From: Octopus vulgaris
Lineage: Eukaryota
Direction: 5' to 3'
NCBI GenBank assembly: GCA_951406725.2
Contig: OX597839.1
Coordinates: 36,394,001 to 36,458,000, forward strand
DNA: 64,000 nucleotides
A program made the position numbers and the translations under genes. The notes beneath the pieces are model-generated. The model searched no databases. It had not been told where the DNA came from and was given only the letters and a program-made list of their open reading frames with translations. Within the stretch, counting starts at the first letter, position 1. Each line of letters starts with the position of its first letter. Shown here one piece after another: positions 1-13,108 of this stretch.

Positions 1-1154
1 ATTTGGTACAGGGCCAGGAATTTCAGGGAAGGGGACGAGTCAAGTACCTCAACTCTTGTGCTCGACTGGTACTTATTTTATCAATACCGAAAGGATGAAC
101 GGCAGAGTTGACCTCGGTGGAATTTGAACTTGGAATGCAGACAAGAAATAATGCTTCTAAGCATTTTGTCTGAAGCAGTAACAATTCTGCCAGCTCATTG
201 CCTAAGTAGAGAGAAAAAAAAAAATAATAATAATAATTTGGGTATTAATCATATAATATTGCGAACAGAGTTGCTGAACAAAAAAAAAAAAAAAAGAAAT
301 TAAATAAAAAAGATAAATAAAAAGAATGGGGTTCTTTTTTATGAGACAACTTGAACTAAATTTTGGTTGTTTATAAAAGACGAAAACAAAAGAACCAGTT
401 TGAAATGTAGGTAACAGAAGAATTCTTGATGTAAAAGATTGTTGCGTTACAAGAAAACAGAAAGTAGTTATGTCAGTGTGTGTCAGACAGCACAGAAATG
501 GTGTTGTAGGAATAAGAAGCCTTTATTTAAAGGGATTGTTTCTATACAACAGTTGTATGAGAAACAATTACACCATGGAAGGCGCATGTTAGCCATTTCA
601 AAAACACACAAAGACTCTTAACCACTTAGACTTTTTACTGCGGAAGGTGAATATATCCACTTAAAATTTCTTTACCCTTAACTGCGGAAAGCAGTTTTAT
701 ATACACCAACCTATCTTTTCTTGAAGAATGTCAGGCTTGAAACTAATTTTTTGTTGAGATGTGTCGAGTTTATTGAGGTAACGGGATTTGCAGAAAAATA
801 TCAATTCTATTTTTTGGTAGATATTTAACACCATTACTGCAATAACAAGTCAGGTGAGGTACTGGCAGATGGACTGTTGCATCCTCCAATTGATCAATGT
901 CCAATATTTTAAATCCAGGTTTGTCCCTGTTAACGAGGGCGACCGGATCTACCTCACTCTTACAGTAACCACTCTCACACCATCTCGCCAAGTTTTGGGC
1001 ATCTTCCCCTCTTCAAGCCGACCCTCCCAATTTCCGCCTCCGCCTGTCCCTTCCACATTTTCTTTGCTCAACCTCGCTTTTGCGGTTCATTCACTTTAAA
1101 CTCGTCCCCCATTTGTTGGTATTTGCTTGGGTCATCCTTGGCTGCTTGGAATAA

Positions 1155-1600
1155 ACATCATCATCATCATTTAGCGTCCGCTTTCCATGCTAGCATGGGT
1201 CGGACGGTTCAACTGGGGTCTGGGAAGCCAGGAGGCTGCACCAGGCTCCAGTCTGATCTGGCAGTGTTTCTACAGCTGGATGCCCTTCTTAACGCCAACC
1301 ACTCCGTGAGTGTGGTGGGTACTTTTTACGTGCCAACAACACAGGTGCCAGACAGAGCTGGCAAACGGCCACAGATGGATGGTGCTGTTTACGTGCCACC
1401 GGCATGGGGGCCAGGCGAGGCTGGCAACGGCCACGAACAGATGGTGCTACGTGCCACCGGCATGGGGGCCAGGCGAGACTGGCAACAGCCACAAACGGAC
1501 GGTGCCTCCATGCGCCACCGGCACGGAGGCCAGTCGGGGCGCTGGGCTGGCAACGGCCACGATCGGATGGTTCGCCTACTTGTCACCGGCACTGGTATCA
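1155..1600 (-). mobile_element. Retroposon family C ((GAT)n tail, internal tandem gccggtggcacgtaaaaagcacc modules)
   Basis: Shared 3' block gtggttggcgttaggaagggcatccagc...catgctagcatggaaagcggacg..aaatgatgat. Other copies at about 6200, 10790, 20650, 26122, 29009, 29656, 39375, 40846, 44603, 48045 and 56263. Confidence 0.85.
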
Positions 1601-1865
1601 CAGCTGCAATTTCCATTGATGCTGATCGACCTCGATCCAGGGTCAAATACATATTGGCTTCAAACACACCAGCATCGGTTGTCAAGCAATGATGGGGGAA
1701 ACAAACACACACACACACACACACAGATATATTCATGACAAGCTTCTTTCAGTTCCCATTTACCAAATCTAGTCACAAGGCTTTTGTTGGCCCTGGGCTG
1801 TTGTAGAAAACACTCAAAGTGCCATGCTGTAGGACTGAGTCCGAAGCTGTATGGTTTGGAAGCAA

Positions 1866-2096
1866 GGCGGCGAGCTGGCAGAAACGTTAGCATGCCGGGC
1901 GAAATGCATAGCCGTATTTCGTCTGTCGTTACGTTCCGAGTTCAAATTCCGCCGAGGTTGACTTTGCCTTTCATCCTTTCGGGGTCGATTAAATAAGTAC
2001 CCGTTACGCACTGGGGTTGATGTAATCGACTTAATCCGTTTGTCTGTCCTTGTTTGTCCCCTCTCTGTTTAGCCCCTTGTGGGTAATAAAGAAATA
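1866..2096 (+). mobile_element. tRNA-derived SINE family B (Nin/Deu-like core)
   Basis: ggcggcgagctggcagaa head, gagttcaaattc B box, gcctttcatcctttcggggtcga core; 13-bp TSD ggtttggaagcaa; inserted into an older SINE-A. Confidence 0.88.
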
Positions 2097-3190
2097 GGTT
2101 TGGAAGCAAAGTTCTCAACCACTCAGCCCCTTGCCTGCAACTATCAGCCACACCTTTTTTATGTATAGATAATTACTTCTGTACTTTCTTGTAATACACT
2201 ATATGCATGTGTATGTGAGCATTCACAAGTATTTACATCCATAGAATCTATAAATCTATATATACACATAGACAATCTATGAATAAAATTGTAAAATTGA
2301 ATTCCTTTCGTTGTGGGACAAACTACTTTGTTGACACTGTGCTGACACTATTTAGTTATGCTTCTTATTCAATACTGCATATTGATGATGATGATGATGA
2401 TGATGATGATATGGTCACCATGTTTACCTGTCACACATTATTGACACTGCTTTGTTCAAAGTATCTAACTTTGGAGATTATTCTAAAATCTTTTCAAACC
2501 TCCACAACAATTCTTCAGTCCCATCTGCATTAAATACCCCTTACACATGCACATTGAGTTACCCCTCGCCCCCAAGCAGGTGCAGGCATGGATGTGTGGT
2601 GAAGATGTTTGTTTTGCAATCGTGTTGTTAAGAGTTAGGTCCCATTATGAAGCACCTTAGGTGAGTGACTTCTACTACAGCTGCTATGGGTGACCAATAC
2701 CTGTATTCTGACTATTTCTATATTAAGGCGGTGAGCTGGCAGAAACGTTAGCACGCCGGGCGAAATGCGTGGCCGTATTTCGTCTGCTGTTACGTTCTGA
2801 GTTCAAATTCCGCCGAGGTTGACTTTGCCTTTCATCCTTGTGGGTAGTAAAGAAATATATTTCTATATTTACATATGTGTGTACACCTTAATAACCAGTC
2901 TACAACAGCCATTAATTTAAAACAATGGCAATAAATAAGAATCATATTTGACAGAAATCTGAATGCTAAAGGGTTAAATCTTTATGACACCAATCCTGTG
3001 CCCCTGCTTCTACGATACAAACCTTCCTGTTTTAACCCCTTTTAATATCACTCTCTCCGAGACTATACCCCTGCTTCTATGGTGTTTGTTTTGCAATCAT
3101 GTTGTCTAGAGTTCGGCCCCACTATGCAGCACCTCGGGTGAGTGTATTTCAACAGGAGTATGGTAACAAAAGGGTTAAAGTGATCTAAAG

Positions 3191-3389
3191 CAGGGGTTCC
3201 CAAACTATGATCCGCGACCCACAGATGGGTCGTGAACGGAATCTCAGTGGGTCGCAAAAAGTTATAAAATTACGCATTAGCTTTGATTAACTGCTGTCTA
3301 TCGAGATAGTTCAAGTAGAGTTAAGTGGGTCGTCATAAACTGGTGTGATAAATAGTGGGTCGCGACTCTAAAAAGTTTGGGAACCACTG
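3191..3389. mobile_element. hAT (Charlie-like) MITE
   Basis: TIR CAGGGGTTCCCAAACT / AGTTTGGGAACCACTG; 8-bp TSD atctaaag/atctaaac. Confidence 0.85.
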
Positions 3390-3655
3390 ATCTAAACTAA
3401 AATCTTCTATCCAAATTGCATGTTTATTCAGGTTCCAAGTACCAGTTTAATAATGACGGTTATTTTGCTAAATTCTTCATTATTTTCAAACTTCATTGAA
3501 ATAATCTTGGTGTGAGTTTCAAAAATATGGTTGTGAAAAGGGCTAAAAAAAAAAAAAAAACCAGTTTCGAAAAAACGCAACTATCACCTTTCTCAAATAC
3601 GACCACTTGTCATCTAGGGTGAACCTTACATCTATTCAGTATAATTGCTGTTTAC

Positions 3656-3876
3656 CCCTTTAGCATTTAAACCGGCCATATCCGGCCAAAAGTATTCTGC
3701 TTGGTTTATGTTCAAACTGGCCAGATCTGGTCTCTCACACCAACCCTACAATATCGTTTTAAAAATTAACAGCTACCTCATAAAAATCTCATAACTACAA
3801 GATAATGCATGATTAGTTCAAAACAATGTGGATGAAAAGGCATTAATTTTGGCAGAATAATGTGAACACTAAAGGG
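3656..3876. mobile_element. piggyBac-like MITE, same family
   Basis: Near-identical to 5447-5667; flanked by TTAC on both sides. Confidence 0.85.
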
Positions 3877-4419
3877 TTACTACCCAACCTCGGATGGAGC
3901 TGGTTGCTGTTAGTTACTAACCTACTTCCGAGGTGGTGTGATATCTTCAATGAAAGGTCTGACCAGATACGAGCAGGTTTTCCCAACAATATCTTGGTAT
4001 GGCTTAACTTAATTAACACAGTTACCTATTTATGTCACAACCACACCTACCCTTATTCCACCCACTCATGATGCGTTTACGCTGCTTTAATATGCATTGA
4101 TATTGACATTAGATTACAAATCACTTTTAATCTTATCTCTCTCTCCCTCTTTCTTTCTATGTATGATTTAATATATCTATCTATCTATCTATTTATCTAT
4201 ATATTATACACACATAATAATACATAGGTGTGTACGTTACATATTTCTTATTTATTTAGATGTAAACACATAACACACCTATATATATATATATATAGCG
4301 TGGGTGTCAAAGTTACACAAGTCATTCAAAAGCTGAGAGTTTCTTGTGTTGCATACATCAAACTAGTTTGAATTTGACACTTTTGTATACTGAGTTCTGT
4401 TTAGCCTCATTGTACAATG

Positions 4420-4789
4420 TGTGTGGGTGGGTGTGTGTGTATATGCATATGTGTGTGTGTATATTTATATGTATATATGTATACATATGTGTGTGTGTGT
4501 GTGTATATATATATTATGTATGTGTATATGTATGTATATATATATATGTATATATGTGTGTGTATATATATGTATGTATATATGTGTGTGTATATATATG
4601 TATATATGTGTGTGTGTATATATATGTATGTATATATGTGTGTGTATATATATGTATGTATATATGTGTGTGTATATACATGTATGTTATATATGTGTGT
4701 GTATATATGTATATATATATATATGTGTGTGTGTATATATATATGTATATATGTATGTGTGTATATGTATGTGTGTGTATATATACGTA

Positions 4790-4820
<31 letters not shown>

Positions 4821-4961
4821 TTGTATATATATGTGTGTGTGTATATATATATATGTATTTGTGTGTGTGTCTATCATACCCAAGCCTTCTGGTAACATGT
4901 GTACACACACACACACACACACGCATCTCTGTATATGTTTGCGGGTATATAAATATGTATA

Positions 4962-4996
<35 letters not shown>
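4420..4996. repeat. Compound (TA/TG)n microsatellite
   Basis: Directly visible; similar tracts at about 25770-26120, 50505-50665, 51195-51360, 55730-55922 and 61745-61875. Confidence 0.95.
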
Positions 4997-5381
4997 CATG
5001 GTCTGATCAATAAGTATCTGGACTGTTGCCATAGTGACAAAGCTAAAGCACGCAGAGTGAGGCCGCTTGGCACAGACTGGCTTTGAACCCTGCTGCACAT
5101 TCACACAAAGTTTTAACGTTCCAAATCACTTCCGCAGTTTACAGCAATGCTTGGAAGGAACATGTGTATAGTGTGTGTTTGTTGCATTGACCTCGACTGG
5201 GAAAGTTGAGCAGGGAATCTGCATCAAATTTTGCCAAAAGCTTGGTAAATACCTGCTCAGAGGCCTATGCAAAGTTTCAAAAAAGTCTTCATTGTTCTCA
5301 ACACAATCAAGGAGAATTTGTGCAACTGAAACCCGAGTTTCTTTTTTCGTCAGCTGAAAGCAGTTTTGGCGCAACAGACAT
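4997..5381 (+). mobile_element. Mariner-derived non-autonomous element, truncated
   Basis: TA|catggtctgatcaataagtatc end; remnant EQGICIKFCQKLGK of the mariner transposase N-terminus. Confidence 0.75.
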
Positions 5382-5434
5382 TGAATGATGAGGATGATTT
5401 TATATATAAAAATATATATATATATATATATATA

Positions 5435-5980
5435 TACAAAATTTAACCCTTTAGCATTTAAACCGGCCATATCCGGCCAAAAGTATTCTACCTATTCTAT
5501 GTTCAAATTGGCCAGATCTGGTCTCTCACACCAACCCTACAATATCATCTTAAAAATTAACAGCTACCTCATCAAAATCTCATAGCTACAAGATAATGCA
5601 TGATTAGTTCAAGGCAATGTGAATGAAAAAGCATTCATTTTGGCAGAATAATGCGAACACTAAAGGGTTAAAGGACTGGCCACTAAAAGTGGATGGTCAA
5701 CATGCTAGAAATAGACGTCAAAATTGCTATTTTCCACAAAGAAAGTGTTCTTAAATAAAAAAACTCAGCACAAACCAAAGCATTAAAAATAAGCAAGACA
5801 AATGAAAATATACGAAATAAAAGCAATTTTGACGTCTATTTCTAGCATGTTGACCGTCCACTTTTAGTGGTCAGTCCTTTAAATTTTGTATGTAAAAATA
5901 TTTTAATCTTTGGATTTTTTTAATATGCTAAGCCACTGGTTTTAATTGATTAATATCAATTTCTACCCTTATTAAATTTT
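5435..5980. mobile_element. (TA)n-embedded inverted-repeat element, interrupted by a piggyBac-like MITE
   Basis: Arms 5435-5728 (minus the MITE) and 5822-5890; homologous to 36495-36680 (-). Confidence 0.65.
5447..5667. mobile_element. piggyBac-like MITE
   Basis: TTAA|CCCTTTAG...CTAAAGGG|TTAA. Confidence 0.85.
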
Positions 5981-6665
5981 ATATATATATATATATGGAT
6001 ATATATATATATATATATATGGATACCAGGACCTTTGGAGATATGCTGTGATTGAGCAGACTTGGCAACTAAAGTGAGATCGCAGGCATGGCCAATGCCA
6101 GTGTTGCATGTCCAGCCCTTTTAGAAGTACCCTTGGTGTATGTCGGTCGATATGATATGCTTGAGAAGACCTTTTGAGTCAAGTAAAACCAAAATTGTAG
6201 CTATGGTCAGTGCCCCCAGACTAGCTTCCATGCCGGTGGCACGTAAAATGCACCATCTGAACGTGGTCGATGTCAGTGTCCCCTGAATGGCTCCCGTGCT
6301 GGTGGCACGTAAAAAGCACTATCTGAACGTGGTCAATGCCAGGTTTACCTGACTGGGTCCTGTGCTGGTGGCATATAAAAAGCTCCCTGACTAGCTCCCA
6401 TGATGCTGGTGGCACGTAAAAGCACTATCTGAATGTGATCGATCCCAGGGCCGCCTGACTGACTGACTCCTGTGCCAGTGGCACATAATTGCACCCTCTA
6501 CACTCTCTGAGTGGTTGGCGTTAGGAAGGGCATCCAGCTGTAGAAACACTGCCAGATTAGATTGGAGCCTGGGGCAGCCATCTGGTTTGCCAGTCCTCTG
6601 TCAAACCGTCAAACCCATGCCAGCAAGGAAAATGGACGTTAAACAATGATGATATATATATATAC

Positions 6666-6700
<35 letters not shown>

Positions 6701-7307
6701 GTGTTGGTGTGTGGGACATGTATATATATATATATGTATATATATATATCATCATTGTTTAACGTCCATTTTCCTTGGTAAAAGTGGTCGTGTTAAGAAA
6801 AAGACTCTACACACCCGTTCTAATATTTACACAACATATATATATATATATATATATTGTGTTGGTGTGTGGGACATGTATATATATATATATATATATG
6901 TTGTGTAAATATTAGAACGGGTGTGTAGAGTCTTTGGCAAACTGTTTTCTTAACACGACCACTTTTACCATCACATAACATCAGTGTTTGGTGAACACAC
7001 ACACAAGGATGCAATAGTCACTCAATCTGCTGAAAATAGCGACCAAAGCACTCGCAAGTCACATGCTTAAAATGAAAGCTATTGTATCAATCAATACATT
7101 TCCTGATAGGGGAATGACGAAATCATTTGAAATGCAACACCTTTCTATCAGCTTTGATCTGAGATCACATGACAGTGTCACAAGGTGTTTACTTTCGAGA
7201 TATTGAAGGAAATACCTTGCAGGGGCATATTAACTGCTAAAAATAGCAGCTTAATTTTAATTTTACACATATCACACGCTACTGTCTTAAATTAGAAAAT
7301 GTCACCA

Positions 7308-7341
<34 letters not shown>

Positions 7342-7482
7342 GTTTGACTTTACGTGCACAGATACACACATACAGGTGTCGGCTGTCCAACTTAGCAGTT
7401 ATTGAGGTCTATGAAAGATAATCTTCTTCCTACAGCCTCAACTGTTGGTAATATATATCACCAGTGTTGTTGTTTTAATGTC

Positions 7483-7614
7483 TATTATATATATAATTAT
7501 CTTTTTTTAATAATTTTGATATATATTTAAAATAATATAAATTAATTAATCTTATGTATTGGCTTGAGTTTTTCATTGTATGATTTGCCTAATAGTGGTT
7601 TTATCTCTAATTTA

Positions 7615-7622
<8 letters not shown>
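7483..7622 (+). mobile_element. Fragment of the 35.8-36.3 kb element family
   Basis: Near-identical to 36200-36330 and ends at the same point before (TA)n. Confidence 0.75.
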
Positions 7623-7668
<46 letters not shown>

Positions 7669-7933
7669 TAGGGGACAACTGATGAAGGGATTGTTCTTTA
7701 TGTTGCCTTTCTCATTTCTCTATTTGTTTCTTTCGTTGTCTGAAAAAAAGACGGTGGAAAAGGTTTGACATTGGCCATGCGCAGATACACACATACAGGT
7801 GTCGGCTGTCCAACTTAGCAATTATTGAGGTCTGTGAAACATAATCTTCTTCCTACAGCCTCAACTGTTGGTAATATATATCACCGGTGTTGTTGTTTTA
7901 ATGTCCACTCTTCCATTCTTGCGTGTGTCATAT

Positions 7934-8165
7934 GTATTTCTTTACTGCCCACAAGGGGCTAAACACAGAGGGGACAAACAAGGACAGACAAAGGGATTAA
8001 GTCGATTACATCGACCCCAGTGCGTAACTGGTACTTTATATATCGACCCCGAAAGGATGAAAGGCAAAGTCGACCTCGGCGGAATTTGAACTCAGAACGT
8101 AACGGCGGATGAAATACGGCTACACATTTCGCCCGGCGTGCTAACGTTTCTGCCAGCTCACCGCG
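7934..8165 (-). mobile_element. SINE family B
   Basis: Inverted copy; further copies at about 2727, 24331, 42830 and 43826. Confidence 0.85.
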
Positions 8166-8721
8166 TGGGTCATATGGACTTGTTGAAGCCATTTCCTTTG
8201 CAACTTTGCTACCAAGCAGGGGGTGGGTCAAACTTAGCTCTAAATTAAAAAGAGTGAAAGAATGAACAAGCACACACACGACAGGCTTCTTCCAGTTTCC
8301 GTCTTCAATTTCCATTCACAAGGCTTTGGTTAGAGCAGGGTTACAGTAGAAGACACTTGCCCAGGTGCCCTGTAGTAGGTTTTTGCCCCTGAAATCATAC
8401 CTGCACCATCGCACCCCTATTTTGTAAAAAGCCCTGGTGCTGGTGCCATGTCAAAACACCCAGTACACCCTATAAAGAGGGTGGTGTTAGGAAGGGCATC
8501 CACCTGTAGAAGCCTTGGCAAAATAGAAAATTGAAGCCTGGTGCAGCTTTCTGGCTTGCCAGCTCTTGTTAAGCCATTCAACCCATGCCAGCATGGAAAA
8601 TAGACATTAAATGATGATGATATTACTGAAACTATGCAAGGACAACCCAATTTCGCTGCAGATCACAGATCAGAAATTAAGAAGGAATCTATAGTCCAGT
8701 TTTTCTTGTCTAAATATTCAT

Positions 8722-9107
8722 AAGCAGGAGTGGCTGTGTGGTAAGTAGCTTGCTAACCAACCACATGGTTCCGGGTTCAGTCCCACTGCGTAGCATCTTG
8801 GGCAAGTGTCTTCTGCTATAGCCCCGGGCCAACCAATGCCTTGTGAGTGGATTTGGTAGACGGAAACTGAAAGAAGCCTGTCGTATATATGTATATATAT
8901 GTATGTGTTTGTACCCCTATCATTGTTTGACAACCGATGCTGGTGTGTTTACGTCCCCGTCACTTAGCGGTTCGGCAAAAATGAGACCGATAGAATAAGT
9001 ACTGGGCTTACAAAGAATAAGTCCCGGGGTCGATTTGCTCGACTAAAGGCGGTGCTCCAGCATGGCCGCAGTCAAATGACTGAAACATGTAAAAGAGTAA
9101 AGAGTAA
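8722..9107 (+). mobile_element. tRNA-derived SINE family A (about 400 bp)
   Basis: Pol III A/B-box-like head (tggctgtgtggtaag, gggttcagtccc), internal (TA/TG)n, (GAGTAAA)n tail; many copies in the window. Confidence 0.9.
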
Positions 9108-9385
9108 GCAGGGTGTGATTTGAGAGAGGTTTCTTTCATTTGCTGTTTCTAGCAGTCCAAGGAATAAAGCAACGTGTCAGTTTTCTACCAAAACATGTTT
9201 GTGTTTGTTGAGACCAATGTTTATATTTGGTTTATTGCGTATTGATTCTGTGTCCTACTTCTTTGAGATTTGTTTATCTTTCTATGTTAGCCAAGGGTTA
9301 GACTTGATCTGGCTGACCTATTGATCAAAGATGCCCCAGCTGTCACTGTATTGCCCCTTTATACAAAACGGCTGTATATCCAAGT

Positions 9386-9587
9386 CAGTGCTTTTCAAAC
9401 TTTTTTGCTGAAGTGGAACCCCAAGGAAACATTCCACTGGCTCGGGGAACCCCCGTGCAATAATTTAATCGTCTTATGCACACATCTCTGCACAGGAGAA
9501 TTAAAAATTACTGCCGATTTTAGCATTTTTGTAACTTCTTGCGGAACCCCTGGACTGTACTGGTGGAACCCTGGTTGAAAACCACTG
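9386..9587. mobile_element. hAT MITE
   Basis: CAGTG...CACTG ends; perfect 8-bp TSD atccaagt. Confidence 0.88.
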
Positions 9588-9659
9588 ATCCAAGTTGTCT
9601 TTCATTTTCTTCAAACTTCTTTGATACCAGTCTACCTAAGACTACTCCTGGTCCTCTGC

Positions 9660-10075
9660 TCTCTTTACTCTCTTTTACCTGTTTCAGTCATTTGACTGCG
9701 GCCATGCTGGAGCACCGCCTTTAGTCGAGCAAATCGACCCCGGGACTTATTCTTTGTAAGCCCAGTACTTATTCTATCGGTCCTTTTTGCCTAACCGCTA
9801 AGTAATGGGGACATAAACACACCAGCATCGGTTGTCAAGCAATGCTAGGGGGACAAACACTGACACACAAACATATACACACACATACATATATATATAT
9901 ATACATACATATATACGACAGGCTTCTTTCAGTTTCCGTCTACCAAATCCACTCACAAGGCATTGGTCGGCCCGGGGCTATAGCAGAAGACACTTGCCCA
10001 AGATGCCACGCAGTGGGACTGAACCCTGGACCATGTGGTTGGTTAGCAAGCTACTTACCACACAGCCACTCCTGC
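9660..10075 (-). mobile_element. SINE family A
   Basis: Full-length inverted copy. Confidence 0.9.
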
Positions 10076-10729
10076 TACAAATTTCCTGTTCAAAAATGAT
10101 CTAAATTCAAATCTTCCATCAAAATTTCATATTATGTTTCAAGCAGCAATTTAATAACAGCAAAGTTATTTTGTTAAATTCATTATTTTAAAAATTAATC
10201 GGAACGAAGGCAACATTTTTCATCAGGAATGTTATTACAAAAGGGTTAAAGTTATCTAAATTAAAAACTTTCCATCTAAATTTCCTGTTAATTTACTTCA
10301 GACACAGCTTAATAACGATAAAGTTATTTAACTCAGTTTTTCATTATTTTCAAAAATAATTGAAACAAAAGCAATGTATTTCAACAGAAATACGATAACA
10401 AAAGGGCTGTGATTTGTATGAGATTTGGCTGCTATTTCTAGCTTGTTGAGTGATCTTGTTGATATTTCCTTATTTGATGATAGAAATGGTTGGATTTTCA
10501 TTACTATTATTATTAACATGGTCAGCCGGTAAAACCATTAGGGATTTGGACAAAATGCCTTGTGGTATTTTATCTGGCTCTTAATATTCTGAGTATAAAT
10601 CCCCACATAGCCAACTTTGCCTTTCATCATTTGAGGGTCAATAAATGTACCAGTTGAGCATGGAGTCAATGTATTCGACTAGCCCCTACCCTAAGATGTT
10701 TCACGCCTTGTGCCTATTGTCCAAAGCTT

Positions 10730-10762
<33 letters not shown>

Positions 10763-11389
10763 AAGCCAAATGGTAAATATTTATTAAATCATCATCATCA
10801 TCGTTTAACGTCTGTTCTCCATGCTAGCATGGGTTGGACGGTTCGACCGGGGATCTGGAAAGCCAGAAGGCTGCGCCAGGCTCCAGTCTGTTCTGGCAGT
10901 ATTTCTACAGCTGGATGCCCTTCCTAACGCCAACCACTCCGTGAGTGTAGTGGGTGCCTTTTATGTGCCACTGGCACAGGTGCCAGGTGAGGCTGGCAAC
11001 GGCCACGGTCGGATTGGTGCAATTTACGTGCCACCGGCATGGAAGCCAGTCGAGGCGGCACTGGCATCGGCCACGATTCGGATGGTGCTTTCTACGTACC
11101 ACCAGTCCAGGGGTCCTGGCATCTGTCGGGTGCCAGTCATAGGATTGGTTCAATTTCGATTTTGATTTCACTTGCCCCAACATGTCTTCACAAGCAAAGG
11201 GGGTTGGCATGGGTGCCTGTCGTCGGATGATATATGATAAAAATAAAACCAAACTGAAATAAAAACATTTGTGTTTTTAATCAGAAAAATTTAAAAACAA
11301 CTGTACTCAGTAGTCTGTGTGTGTGTCTGTCTGTCTCTCACTCTCACACACACGCACATACACACACACCTGCATAAATTAGTAATATA

Positions 11390-11820
11390 CTAGCAGCATA
11401 GCCCGGCGTTGCCCGGGTATGTAAGAGCCCCTAGTAGGCAACGACTAATCCCAATCTAGTCCTTTCCCTCTAGGGAACGAAGGCGCATGTGTAGGTTGCA
11501 ATGTCTTCTCTTCACTCGAATACTTCTGTGTATACGATGTTCCTAGCTGTCTTTTTGGGCGATAAAAAGGTCGAGTTGTGTCCCCTAGACAGAAAATGTG
11601 TTGCATATAAAAAGCTTAGATTCTCGACCCCATGTCGAATTTATCGATTTTTTCAGAACTGGGGGAACTTTTCAAAATTTTCGCTGCGTCAGTTTTGAAT
11701 TATGACATTGGGCTATGTGTGTGTCAAGTTTCATCAGAATCGGTTGAAAGCCGTGGTCAGGGTGAGGGTACAACCTGACAGACACACAGACAGACAAACT
11801 GCCGTTTATATATAGAGAGA
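11390..11820 (-). mobile_element. Non-autonomous Helitron
   Basis: Minus strand A|TC start, 3' hairpin CCCGGGCAACGCCGGG, then CTAG|T; no TSD. Confidence 0.82.
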
Positions 11821-12419
11821 TATTAAGCATGCATGTGTTCACATAGTCACATAGATTCTTTCACTCTCTCTTACACACATGTACACACATGCATGAATAC
11901 ACACACACACACAGTCATACACATGTACTCACAATTTACACACACACACACACACACACTCCTGCATCACTGATATTGAATTAATCCTCCTCCATCTTTC
12001 GGGTTATTTCAATAACTTATTAATTTTCTTCGTTAAGTTCGCTACTTCATTCTCCTAATTACTCTAAACCCACGCCAAGTGGATATTACACTAAGATCAG
12101 ACATGTTAATCCAATTAACTGCTTACCGACCAATTAGTGGTAATTAGACAAGCTTTCGAGGCCAATTTTCTCTCTTGTCACTCGGAGAATCGTGTACTTG
12201 TTACATTAGATGTTGAGGCATCATTGTTTCAAGTTCAAATACTGGTGATGGCAGCTGATGACACATTGTACTTTTAGAAATAGTAATTTGAGTATCAGTA
12301 ATTAACGAGGGTCCATTTAACTAACTGTCCACTCTTTTAATTCTAATTTGATTTTTATGTCTCAGAAATGAAAAACAGTACAGCACCTAGGTACTAAGAG
12401 ATGTATTGTATAGTACCTG

Positions 12420-13108
12420 GCTATTAGTATGACAGTATAGTACCCCTAGCTGTTAGTATGGCAGTACAGTACCCCTAGCTGTTAGTATGGCAGTACAGTA
12501 CCCCTAGCTGTTAGTATGGCAGTACAGTACCCCCAGCTGTTAGTATGACAGTACAGTACCCCTAGGTGGCGAGCTGGCAGAAACGTTAGCACACCGGGCG
12601 AAACGCGTAGCCGTATTTCGTCTGCCGTTACGTTCTGAGTTCAAATTCCGCCGAGGTCGACTTTGCCTTTCATCCTTTCGGGGTCGATAAATTAAGTACC
12701 AGTTATGCGCTGGGGTCGATATAATCGACTTAATCCCTTTGTCTGTCCTTGTTTGTCCCCTCTATGTTTAGCCCCTTGTGGGTAGTAAAAAAATAAGTAC
12801 AGTACCCCTAGCTGTTAGTATGACACTACAGTACCCCTAGCTGTTAGTATGACAGTACAGTACCCCTAGCTCTTAGTATGACAGTACAGTACCCCTAGCT
12901 GTTAGTATGGCAGTACAGTACCCTTAGCTGTTAGTATGGCAGTACAGTACCCCTAGCTGTTAGTATGGCAGTACAGTACCCCTAGCTGTTAGTATGGCAG
13001 TACAGTACCCTTAGCTGTTAGTATGGCAGTACAGTACCCTTAGCTGTTAGTATGGCAGTACAGTACCCCTAGCTGTTAGTATGGCAGTACAGTACCCCTA
13101 GCTGTTAG
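12420..13108. repeat. 29-bp minisatellite
   Basis: Unit agtacagtacccctagctgttagtatggc. Confidence 0.95.
12566..12796 (+). mobile_element. SINE family B inserted in a 29-bp minisatellite
   Basis: Family B sequence interrupts the array. Confidence 0.88.

Noticed and set aside
821-853. Apparent 33-nt micro-exon (ttggtag...cag/gtgagg)
   Set aside because: Lies within the dispersed repeat related to the satellite; no similarity to the CTDNEP1 N-terminus
7672-7750. CTGATGA motif suggesting a hammerhead
   Set aside because: No correctly placed stem II, GAAA, stem III and NUH in this copy
8722-8800. tRNA-like sequences
   Set aside because: SINE heads; no intact cloverleaf recognised
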